64,000 nucleotides of DNA from Bugula neritina (lineage: Eukaryota > Animalia > Bryozoa). Location: positions 20,212,995-20,276,994 of the forward strand of contig OZ037765.1 in the NCBI GenBank assembly GCA_964035545.1, written 5' to 3'. The translations under genes were made by a program, and so were the position numbers. The notes under the pieces were generated by a model, which ran no database searches, had not been told where the DNA came from, and saw nothing but the letters and a program-made list of their open reading frames with translations. Of this stretch, positions 15,001 through 26,925 are shown one piece after another (position 1 is the first letter of the stretch; each line of letters starts with the position of its first letter).

Positions 15001-18000
15001 AAATTCTGAAAAAAATTTAATGCAATGATATAACTTTTGAATGGCTACACTACTCAACACATTCATGCACGAAGCTCTATTTAAAAACCCTTTAATAAAT
15101 TTATTAGAATCACATGCTACATAAACTATATTATATGTTGTGCAACACTACCTAACGTTTTCACTACTAAAGCCAACAACGCGCACAGACTATATAACAG
15201 ACTATATAACAGACATTATAGTACATAGTAGTGATGTCAGCTGTCTTTAGCACAGAACACTAACAGTAAACTATTACATATACCAGAACACTAACAGTAA
15301 ACTGCTATATACCAGAACACCAACAGTAAACTGTTATATACCAGAACACCAACAGTAAACTGTTATATACCAGAACATGTAAATGGAATACCTGAAGAGC
15401 CAAATCCTCATTCTCCACCCTGTACTTATTTGTTTCCTTCTGATAATGAATTGCCATCTTCTGAGACTCCCCAGCCTTGCGAGCTTCATCGTCTAAATTC
15501 TACAAGTTTAGTTACAGTGTAGTAGACCATTATTATATATTATGCTTTCCACCAGCTTATTCAACTGTAAATCCCGTTCCAGGCAATGCGACTAAGCAGC
15601 AGCTAATGCATTCTCACGGAAACTGGTTCAAAAATATTATAGCATCAACAGAAAAAAGCCATGTGCTGTTTCTATATGATATTTTTCTTGTCTGATAGAA
15701 CACAATTTCTGACCACATTGAGTTCTATTGAACTAGCGCTATAGACAACCTACTAATCAAATGTTACAGTTACTTTCTGTTAATTTATGATATATGCAAA
15801 CAGTACTTCATTGTCAATGATAAAATTGGCCCCAAACAAAACCAAAAATAATATCAGGGCTATGAAATGCAAAAAGAGTATATTTCTCATACTTTTACAA
15901 GCAGTAGTCCAAGCTAAGTATTTACCTGCATAAGGCCAAGTATTCAGCAATATTTACCTGCAGATTAGCTTTCAACTGCTCACTTAGTTTCTGTACCATG
16001 GAGCTAGCAGCTTCATATGCATTTCTGAGCTGCGTGACTTGAGGTCTCATCACATCAATCTCCTGCGCATACAGGAGTAACACATTTATTCATATGGATG
16101 ATTGTGGCAGTGAAAACACACATTTACAATAGTTTACACATTCAACTTGTGGAGTATAAAAGGGCCAACAGTTTTGAGCTAAATATTCTGATTGGCTTTT
16201 TGCATATGAGTCATAGAAATGTATATGGAAACCCTTACTCTCCCAATACATATAGTTCCCTAGTACAAAAAAAGTATATTGTACAGTTTTATGTTACTTT
16301 TATTTTCACTACATATTATTTGCCGAGCATTGATACACATGTAATAAAAATAAATCTACAATCTTAAATATTATCTTATATTCCATGCTGAAGAATATAA
16401 AAGAATTATATATAACTTTAAGCATGTACCCTATGAAAAACTACAAAAACAGTAGCAGATGCCCACTTCAAACTTTTTATTTGAATCAAACACATCAAAT
16501 AAAAAGTTAGAACTAAGCACACGTCTGGTGTAGCTGCAAGACTAAAAACCTCAACAGTCAAAAAGTTTCTCACAAGAAGACAAGAAACTCGTACTTTGAC
16601 CAAAGTGTCGAGACAGTCATTGAGTCGGCTGCTCTCTCCCTTCTCCACAGCCAGCTGCTCTGCTGTTTGGTGGTACTTGTGGTAGAGCTGGGAGTAGGTG
16701 AGGCCAGATTTGATGAGTCTGGCCAACTCAGCCGTTACATCTGGTGACTCAGAACTTTCCTTCATCAACTCATTCATTCTGGCCAGCTCCGCCTCTATCT
16801 GACTAATGTGCTCATCTGTACACAACGGGAGATATGGTGAGAGAAACCGCACAGAGTGTGTGAGATTTATTTCATGCAATTATAGAGCTATACTGTGTAC
16901 TATCAACATTTATTTATTGACGATTTGCTATGAGAAGAAACAATTGCATTCCTTGTAACAATAGTGTGCACGATCAACATTTATTTACTGAGGAGAAACA
17001 ATTGCATTCTACTTCAATTTGACATAAAAAGAATATTTATAATAATTTTCAAAGCATAAGTGCCATGAAAATAACCCCGATATGACAACTCCTCATACAC
17101 ACCTTTAGCAGTAACAACCCCACTCAATTCTTCTACTTGAGATTTCATCTGAGCCATCACTTCCTCATGTTCTACCAGTTTATTACAAATAAGTTAGTAT
17201 ACCAGAAAAGACCATACATATAATAAACTGCAGCAAATGTGAGAAAATAGTTACCAATAAAGGTCTGATTAATGGCTAACAACTTTATTATGGAAATCCA
17301 TCAGGTAGCCATAGACAACTCACAACACCATATCTGTGGCATGTGCTATTGACAGCTCTTATGGAAATACAGATATATTTGGGGTAGTCCATCTGCCCAA
17401 GAACTTTTAGAGCTTACAGCTTATCGGGCAACTAGCCTGGGTACATTGAGAGAAAGTTAAACACATACAGGGAATTCCTTACACAAACCTTTAGTTAGTT
17501 GTTCAAAGCACTCCTTGTAGTCTGCAGCTGTCTTATGCAAATCCTGCAGCTCTGATGTGGCCTTCTGTTCAGCTTCCTACAAAACCAAATGAATCAATCA
17601 TATCGGAATAGTCTTTAGTAAAAAAGATGATTGCAATGACTATTGCCAAAAAACATAAGCTTATTTTCTGTAAATTATTATACTGATTCAGTGATCAAAG
17701 AAAAAAACACCCCGTGGCTGGTAGTTATTAACTGCAACAAAATTATTTAATGTTCTATTTGTTTCAACCGACAGATTTCTGTTGACTACTCAGAACTGAA
17801 ACCAAATGCTGAACATTAGTCGGAGTAGAGAGTGATACACAATTGAGTTGACATGAACACCAGACACTACCTTGTACATTGCTGCCAGCTTCTTCTGAGA
17901 GGCCAGCTCTTGTCTATGTGACTCTTCTGCTGATATGAAGTTGTCTCTGCACTGTATGACAGAATAACAAGATGCAGCTTATGTCTACTGTATTAAAACT

Positions 18001-21000
18001 TATGGCACATAACCCTGATAAACTTCTTTTCATATTTTACTTCAGCTTTAATACGCCCTCAACATTAAAATACAAATTTTTATTCATTCTTGTTTTTATT
18101 AAAAGACGTGAACAGCTGCAGACGTGAACACCTACAGACTATGAAACAGGAAGTACCTCACGGTGCCGAGTTTGCTCCAGTCTCAGTCGCTCAGTTACAC
18201 TCTCACTCTGCTGCTTGTAAGTCTCTAGCAGCTGCTGTGTGTTGGACAAGTCATTCTTGAGAGTCTCAGTATTGTGATGGAAGTTAGACGCCTGGGAACT
18301 CTAAACACACAAACAGTGGTATAATGAATTAATGTTCATTGCTTTGCAGTGACATTATTTAAGTTTCAAAACATAAAATGAAAAAAAATTGTCTTTAAGC
18401 CCTAGCAGCACTTTACTGCAGTAGACAAACACTGACTCAATCCTGCTGAGTTTTCAAGTTGTAAGACTAGCCTCAGCAACTATTTATTACTTGATTTAAA
18501 AATTCAAACATTACATAAACGCATGCAACAAGTAAAATGCTCAAGTTTTGATGGTATATTGATCTAAACATTAGTTTAATATTGCATATTACTAGGAATA
18601 AATCAGGATAAAAGGTATATGAATATACAAATTAAACTGATTATTTGTTCAGTGTGCAGTATACCAGGCACATCCCTACAGCATTTTTACAGATTTTTCA
18701 TATTTAAAAATAATACCAATATATAGATGTGCAACGAGCCTACATAGAAACTGATTAGCACAATACACACATGCAGTTATTTTATTGAGCAAACACTATT
18801 ACAAAGAATCAAAAATAATTTAAGCAAAACCTTTTCCAGCTGTAAGCGGTTGATTTGTCGCATAAACGCCATCTTTTCTGAATCTAGAGTGTTTCTTTCT
18901 TCTATGAGTTGTAAACATTCGTTCTCTTTTCGAGATAGCTGGCCCTACATTTACCGTCAGAAATATCAAGCAAATATACAAACACTATGCAACAGCCTAA
19001 GTCGCATTCTATAACTATCTCACTATACTCATATCGCAAGCGAAAATTACCCGTAAAACACTGTAAGAAGATTCCTCATCTACTTTCTTCACTTGAGCTT
19101 CAGTTAGTTCAGCTGTTAATCGTTCAGACTTGGCACTCAATCTGGCCACCTCATCTGCAACTCATAAAACTCACTCATTACGTTGAATGTATTGCAAGGT
19201 TGGCTTGAACAGAACACAAATTGACATTGTTGGTACAGCTAAAATATTCCAAGTGTTATGGAGAAATGCCAAATCAATAACTATTAAGAAATAGTTGAAT
19301 GGCAAACGCCATCAATGTGTGGTTACAGTTTTAATTTGGCATTGTTGAAACTTTGTGTGTAGCCGAACAGTATGTTACCTCTAAGCTCAGTCAGCTGCTG
19401 ATCTTTTTTATCCACTGTAGAAGCTAAAAGCTGACGGTTAGTTTCAGTATTATGTAGATCAGTGTCGGCTTGAAGCTAAAGGTAAGAAAAAAATTAAAAA
19501 ATGTAGCAAAGATTTATCCCAATATTAACGCTATGTCAAAAAAGGCAAAATTGATTGCAATATTTACTTTGATTTCATCAAAATTTTAGCTAGCTTTTAT
19601 ATAGATAATAAATAAATAATAAAAATGCCAACACTATTATCTAAACTTAACAAAATAAACATTTTTAAAAAAGTAAAAACTGGAGAGCTAATGCACTACG
19701 CAAACAAAAAATAACATAAGATAAGCTTAAAAATGCTATTTAGGTATATCAAGATTCATACAAGTTAAAGAGTTCCACAATATACAATAAGTGTCAATAC
19801 CACAAATAAAACTAAAAAAAAACATTTTTAGAAGCACCTTTGCTTTCTGTAGTTCAGCAGTTGATGTCCTGAGCTCTGCATTGTCTTGAGCTGTAAATGA
19901 ATCAAGATCGAGTTATTCATAAGACCATTGAACAATTTTAAAACCAAACTAGCTCATCCAAACTTGCCAAACTATTCTAAAAAGAACAAAATGTATCCAC
20001 AACACCTAAATAACAACCATACCTAATTTGGATTCATTTGACTCTAGCACCCGAACTCGATCCTGCAAGCTTTGGAGCTGAAGATTGGCTTCCTCTAAAA
20101 TTAAAACATCCAAAAATTATACAACAAAAAAGACTACATAGGAAATTTTTAACTCAGACTATATCTAAAACAAAAAGACCTATACTACAACAAAAATAGC
20201 TAAGGCTATAACAACTGAAACTTAAAAAGTTGATTATAGCAAAGATTAAATAATTATTAATCAAACCATGCCATAGCATTAATGAAAAAATGCTTAGATT
20301 TTATTCCATTAAACTATTAAAGAAACTTAATACAAAAAAGCAATCAAATTTAGTTATACTTAAATGGGTTGAGTAAAAAACTGCTTCAGATTACAGCATA
20401 CCATGTAACTTACCAACTAGAATTCACTTAGAGTGAGAAGAAAACAAATAATTTCCCTAATTTAAAATGTTTAGCCTAAACAAATTAGATTTGTGGATAG
20501 CTGTGGTTACTTGTTATATTTTGAATAAATATATTTCGTCAATAATAAAATTGCATTAAAAGGAAAAATTAAATGAAAGGTGATAACTAAAAATATATCA
20601 GCCTGATTCAGCAGTTACAGCCATCATTCAGTCCTCGGACATAACGTGGTCATGGAAGCAATCATAAATGAAGGTGTAAGCTAGCTAGCATTTATTGAGA
20701 AAATACGGTAAAAAATGAGTCCTCACTGCGGCAAGTAGGATAACTACTATACTTGGTTATAAAAATGATGTTTTCTAACAAAAGCTTGAACTAGTAACAT
20801 TTTATCTGCTTCTAAAATACAAGATTCAGCATATAATTTTTGAGATGAGTAGGGAAATTGTTTAATTCAAATTGTTAATTTAATGCTATCCAAAAAGTAA
20901 CTATTTTTGTATCTGTAGCACTTTCTGACAAATTAGTGGCACAATATGATCTAGAACGTATATAGCGCATGAAGTAGCATATTAATATTTCTGAAACAAA

Positions 21001-23563
21001 TGCAGAGTCAAACAATATCCATACAAAGTCAAATTAATATTTGATATTGCAATAACCATGTCAAGTTTTGTCAATAGTGATTGCAAAAGATGTTACTTTA
21101 CCTGAGTGTCTGGTATAGACAAAGCAATTTAGGAAGATTAATGAAAATTATTTGCAAGATTTTTGACCAACAATTGTCAGATTGTTCTTAGTACTTGAAG
21201 ATTTAAAACTATTTGTAAATGTCAATATCGATCAGCCTCGTCTATTCTTTGTCCTTGTATTTTTTTCTAACCATATGTTGGCTATAGCTTTTACTGCGCA
21301 TATCTGTACCCTTTCAACAGAGTTTATCTATTTCATGGTATAGGGGCATTTTTCCGCATATGAATCATTTATATGAGAAAGACACAAGTGCTTTTATACC
21401 GTAAGCTTTGCTTTCACCGTCATCTGAAGTGAAGCCTTTTTATCTTATATTTTGATATCCCACTCTGAACATAACATTAAAAAACATAATTATTTTGCAA
21501 AGTAACTTTAATATATGTCAATTCATTATCTGTTCCAGAGCTGTTATATTTAATGACAGATCTTGCTGATTGAACATCAGAATCTGCCTCTTATAAAAAA
21601 ATTATGCTGCATATCTCATTTATTAACATAATGTAATTTTACATTTATGCTTCTCTGAAGCCTTAGTATGTCTTTATCATTTAAGGTAGGTTGATAGAAA
21701 AGGGTGTCATTTGCAAACTCGCTTCTGGCTGTCACATAACAAGCAACCATTCACCATACAGTGTTGGTAATTGAGGCAAACAGTAGAGCTTTGGCTGTAG
21801 AAAACTGATCTAGTACAAACACATCACATTACTGTGTCAAATGTGACTGAGTATGCTTATCCCGTATTGGGCTAATAAACTACCACATGCCTGCCAAAAA
21901 GACTTGATTTGTTTTGCTTGTATTTCCACTGCTTTTGCTATTTTTTATTTTTTCTGTTAATTTTCATTTTGTTTACAAACTTTCAATTTTTTCTCTTGCA
22001 TGTTTTCCTTCCTCTGTGATCGGCTACAAAAATAGATTTTGCGAGATCACAACATTCTGTAAGATGTTAACGAATACTAAGAGCAGAATAAGGTTAATCA
22101 CAAAGTCACAAAATATTCCATACATTCTACATAACAGTTTATATTTTTTCCTACCGTGGATAATTTTTTGCAGTTGGTTTATGAGTAAGCCATGTATCTA
22201 TGAAAAGAGATAGTTTTTCGTTAGTTTGTTGTTCATTGAGTCTGTCTGTAAGCACAAGTTTTATATTTGTTTGCATATTTTGGATTGCATTCAAAATGAC
22301 ACGCAATTTGGTTTTACAAAACAGGCCATCTAAAAGTTATGCAGTTTTGTGCCGAATACACTGTTAATTTCCAGTTGTATCTAATGGAGGATGTTTTGCT
22401 ATTTTATAAAGAGTACCCGTGAAATGAGTCAATAGTTCTGAACACAGTCTTCTAAGCCATGAATGCTTTCTTCTACTGAATAAAACGTTTTATAGAGGTG
22501 GTGTATATGATTACAACATAAGCCATCGGGACTTGGACTTTTTCTTAACTTGAAGGTCTGCATTCTTTTGACAACACCAGCGACAATTTTTGGTAGGCTA
22601 TATTTATCGTAGACAAAACTGGCAAACAAATTTGAATCGAATATTTTCGCACTCCTATCTTTGTGATCTTGGCTAATTTGATTGTACTTAAATTGAATTC
22701 CTTCGTTTGTGATATGACTTGACATTCAATGTTAGCCTTTACCTTTCCTTTCACAGATAGTAATCATCAATATAGTAATCATTCCAATAAATATAGATAA
22801 TGACAACTAACATCATGATCACCATTGTTTATTTAACCATATTTAGCAACAATACTTATTGTAAGTGACTGTGATAGACTAAGATTAACTTTAAGAGTGA
22901 GTGACTGTGATTGTCATTATGTCTAAAAGACCCAGACTCAGACTGAAATGTTGACGGCTGTATAACTAAGTTTAATAAACTACAAGAGTGACTATCAGAC
23001 TATGAGTATCAGAATGACTATGAGTGTTACTATAAAATTGAGACTGACTTTTAGAATCAGCCTGAGTCTCAGAGTGAATGGCACCTTTCAAGTTCAACTA
23101 ATACTATAATGAATTTATAGTAATAGTCTATGAGTATCAGTATGATTATGAGTATAACTTCACTATAACTGTAGGTGTTAGCAGAGTGTTCTAATTTTTA
23201 CGAGGTGAGTTATAACTATAACTCATAACTGTTATAACTTGTAAATATAAGTTATAAGTCTAAGAGTAAGATTATCATTATGATTATGTATTGAGTACTG
23301 ACTTACAAGTTACAGTTTATGTTATTTACTTATTACCCAAGATTAAATAATTAATAAATACAACATAAAAAAGCGTAAATTTATTTTGAATGCAAAATTT
23401 TACCCAATTCTACGTTGTGCTTCTCACATCTCCCTTGAAGACTGGCACGCTCTTCTACTATTTGGCCCAAATGATCGTCGATTCTTTCAGATAAGTTTGA
23501 TGGCATTAAACCTATGTCATCGTCACTTAAAAAGGACAAATTTGAAAAAACTTTGTTCTCCAT
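47..23563 (-). CDS. TPR: Nucleoprotein TPR (Megator/Mlp family nuclear-basket coiled-coil protein), multi-exon; 3' end lies beyond the window start
   Basis: First coding exon 23404-23563 (MENKVFSNLS...), followed by dozens of GT-AG coiled-coil exons. TPR-type motifs: LIKSGLTYSQLYHKY (~16670-16715), VISNQLVSFK/DIQELQKQNQQLRLALRSL (~14400-14695), AQHAELLRKVEQINVLTDSNRMLRQE (~8595-8672), acidic low-complexity exons (1200-2980), and GDGIVPSTPTLAVPVSRNDGFA (~60-125), which resembles human GIVPSTPTLVVPHRTDGFA. Coordinates give the gene span, not single exons. Confidence 0.93.
1350..1743. repeat. 26-bp minisatellite (~15 copies) in a TPR intron
   Basis: Unit GTATACGTCTGCATACTCTCAGTAAA with period 26, interspersed with a variant carrying GGCTGAAT. 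Confidence 0.95.
10150..10345 (+). mobile_element. SINE-like interspersed repeat, copy 1 (TPR intron)
   Basis: Aligns by eye with 43775-43970 (shared GTGATGTT..GAAGAGCAT.CAGTCATAATTG, CCTTTT.ATCAGGGGTT, GACTATAAA). Degenerate B-box-like GGCTTGATCCC. Confidence 0.6.
15253..15377. repeat. ~29-bp tandem repeat (~4 copies) in a TPR intron
   Basis: CAGAACA recurs at 15253, 15284, 15313, 15342 and 15371; unit CAGAACAC(T/C)AACAGTAAACTGTTATATAC. Confidence 0.9.
21300..22760 (-). mobile_element. Decayed non-LTR retrotransposon remnant in TPR intron 1 (boundaries approximate)
   Basis: Minus-strand fragment KLRKSPSPDGL resembles the KSPGPDG motif that precedes LINE RT domains. EFANDT at ~21704-21720 resembles the FADD catalytic motif at a plausible spacing. 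The frame is broken many times. Confidence 0.4.
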
Positions 23564-23985
23564 AACATTACACTAACAGTTTCCAAAAGAAGGAATTAAT
23601 TCCTTAGAAATCTAAAATAAAAATGTCAAAACGTATTACTTGTAGCCGTAATAATGACAATCAAAATGAAAATCCAACGGCGGATCATAAATTCAAGTTT
23701 CAGTTTTTTAAAAGTTGGTGAACGGCCTCGTTAGAAATAGTCTTCAATATAAAAAGTATTTTAAAACATTTTAAAAAATTGAATTATGTTTAAATATTGT
23801 TATTTTATTTATTTATTCATTTTTATATTAATAATATATTTTGCAGACATACAAACTACTAGGTGTCTTACTAACCGGATATGTCTCAAAGGACGCCGCC
23901 ATTGCTTTAATACGTTGCAAAAGAAAAAAAGTGCGCATCATTTTCGTTATAGTCGGGGGCACTGCTGTGGATTGAGTTTTGCATA
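23564..23985. promoter_or_regulatory. Bidirectional promoter region shared by TPR and RPN1
   Basis: Divergent ATGs at 23563 (-) and 23986 (+), 422 bp apart. YY1-like GCCGCCATT at ~23895-23903 and TGCGCA at ~23932. Confidence 0.7.
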
Positions 23986-26600
23986 ATGAATTTAGCAGTG
24001 TGTACTTTGGTGTTGTGTTTGACAGTTATCAGTTGCTTTGGTGCAACTATTAATGAAGCTTTAGTTAATAAAGATGTACAAAGAAAGGTAGACCTGACAT
24101 CTGCATTGGTTAAGGTATCAACCGATATCACTGTTGAGAACACCGGTAAATCGTCTCTCTCATCTTATGTTTTCTCATTAGATAGCAATGTTGCGAATAA
24201 TGTTGCTAGCGTTGTTGCTACGGTAAAATCTAAAGGAGTCGTGGAACAATTGAGTGTCAAACCAGTATCTGGAGATCAAAAATCGGGATTGTTTTATGAA
24301 ATTTCATTTAAACAACCTCTTGCAGCCGGAAAGTCAACAAGCATCAAAGTTGTTACTTCCTTGTCTCATGTATTGGAACCGTTTCCTGCTGAAATTCGTC
24401 AAGCTGAAAGGCAACTTGTTAGATATGTTGGCAACCTCTACTTTTATTCGCCATACACAACAATTTCGCAAAAAACCATCGTTTCCTTAGCATCTGCAAC
24501 CGTTGAATCTTACACCAAGACAAAGCCTGTTTCGAAATCAGATTCTACCATAACGTATGGCCCTTATGAAAACAGACCAGCTTTTGATGTTGCTGATTTG
24601 CAAGTGCACTATGAAAATAATACCCCATTTTTGGCTGTAACAACGATGACCAGGGCAATTGAAGTAAGTCATTGGGGAAATATTGCAGTAGAAGAAACTT
24701 ATGATGTTCGCCACACCGGTGCAAAGTTGAAAGGTCCTTTTTCTCGATATGATTACCAACGCCAAATCGCTCATAGCTCAATTAAATCGTTCAAAACTGT
24801 TCTTCCAGCATCAGCTGCTGATGTTTATTATCGGGATGAAATTGGAAATATTTCAACCAGTAACATGCGAGAAATGGACGATGCAGTTGAGTTAGAACTT
24901 CGTCCAAGGTTTCCATTGTTCGGAGGTTGGAAAACACATTATGTCGTAGGATATAATGTCCCAAGTTACCAGTACTTATGGACTGATGGTGGTAATGGAT
25001 TCTCACTGAAGATGCCATTTGTTGACCATGTTTTTGATAATCAAATAGTTGATGAAATTATTGTGAAAATTATTCTTCCCGAAGGTTCAGATGTAAGTAG
25101 TAACATGCTATAGCAGAATTACATTTATTTGACAGGATTGTATATGTTTTGCAATTGAGTATGATTTATTAGAGTAATTACATTATACCTATGCTTCACC
25201 TAAATTTACTTTTAGGTGACTGATTTGCAAGTTCCTTTTGATTTCCGAAGAGGCAGTGATGAGCTTCAATACACTTATCTTGACACTATTGGCCGTCCAG
25301 TTATTGTTCTTTCCAAAAGTAATTTAGTTGATGTCCATATTCAGGATTTTAAGCTGAGGTTAGTGTGTTATACTGAAGTCAGTACTGGACTAGCAGTTAT
25401 ATAATCATGGTTCATTAGTATAATTACTTGAATTCTTAATTTTTTTTCCAGCTACACATTCAACAAGATGACTCTGCTTCGAGAACCAATGATGGTTGTT
25501 GGATTCTTCTATTTGATTTTTGTCTTTGTTATTGTGTACGTTCGCCTCGACTTCTCTATTTCACGTGATGAAGCTGCAGAGTCTAAGTTGAAAGTGGCCA
25601 GTTACATAGAAAGTGCTCAGAGTGTCCTTGATCGCCGTTCTGCCCTCTATCAGGCTTATGATGATGCTGTCAACAAGTACAAGGTAAGAGGAAATATATA
25701 TATATATATATATATATATTCAAACTTTGCAATAATGTTTTTAAGACTCCTAAACCACTCTTTCTCTTCACTCTCGTGTTGTAGGCAAGCAAGGATATCT
25801 CTGCCTACCAGACTCAGCGAAAGAAGGTTGATGCTGATCACAAAGAACTAACTGCGCAAGTAACTACATTGCAAGCTCAATTAAAAGCGGAGAATGCGGA
25901 TGCTGCTGTTGAGAAATTGGCGGAAATTCAGGTACCTGGTGGTTAACACCTAAATGTAGTAGTAATTTTGCTACTTCAGTTATTATTATTTGCTGTCACC
26001 TTAAGAGTAGTCTAAATAAAAGTTAGCAGAGTCATGACAACTTTGTCTCTTAAAACTTATAATATATAGTGCATTGAAAATGACAAAACTCACTTGTAAT
26101 CAAAGTACTGTTGATGTTTTCAGCCTTAATTTAACTGGTAATCTTTTTTACTTGTCACCTCAAAAAAATTGCATTTTGTCAAGTGAGATTTAGTGTTTTG
26201 GAGCTGAGCACTCGTTGGCATTAGCATCCATTCAGAAGGTTAACCCTATTTAGTGTGAGTGTAAGAATATCCAGTAAAACTAGTTTTGGTGCTACTCTAA
26301 ATGCAGAAGACTTCAGTATTTTTATTTAAAACCAGTGTTTTATTATTACTAATGTATTTGCAGCATGTACAAATAATGCCACAAATACCTTTATTCGTTC
26401 AATTGGTATGTTAATGTATTTATACTATACAGAAGCTAGATGGGGTGTATAAAGAAAGTGTAGCAGCAAGTTCCGGACAAGCTGAGAAGTTAGTTGCAGG
26501 AAAAGTTACCCGGGATGTCTACCTGAAGCAAGAAGAACAAGCCGCCAACAAACGTACCGAATGTCTGAATAAAATGGAAGCACTTGCTAGTCAGCTGTAA
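23986..26600 (+). CDS. RPN1: Ribophorin I (oligosaccharyltransferase subunit 1); exons 23986-25092, 25216-25358, 25452-25683, 25785-25931, 26433-26600
   Basis: Signal peptide; motifs IEVSHWGNIAVEE, GPFSRYDYQR, VYYRDEIGNISTS, LRPRFPLFGGWKT, YTYLDTIGRP and the TM segment LLREPMMVVGFFYLIFVFVIVYVRLDFSI. All introns are GT-AG with compatible phases. TAA at 26598-26600. Confidence 0.97.
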
Positions 26601-26925
26601 TGGATTCACAGTCTGCAGTGGAACTTCCTGTTGTCTTGTATAGTCTACATCTTGTCGCAGTTCAGTTTTGTTGCTAATACAGTTATTGTACAATATATTC
26701 TATTCTATACAAGCACACAAAATCTGTTGAGGCTATTGAAAAAATGCAAAGCTTAGTTATTTACTACAGAAATTAGTTTTAGTTGTCTTGGTTGCTTTTA
26801 TACTTTTTCCATTGCAGTTTAATTTTAATGATTTCTGTTGTACATCATTTCCAGCAATAGTTTGATTGAAAAATAATAATTGTAGTTTGTCAATCTCTCA
26901 GCCTTTTATATTTCAACTGGTTGGA

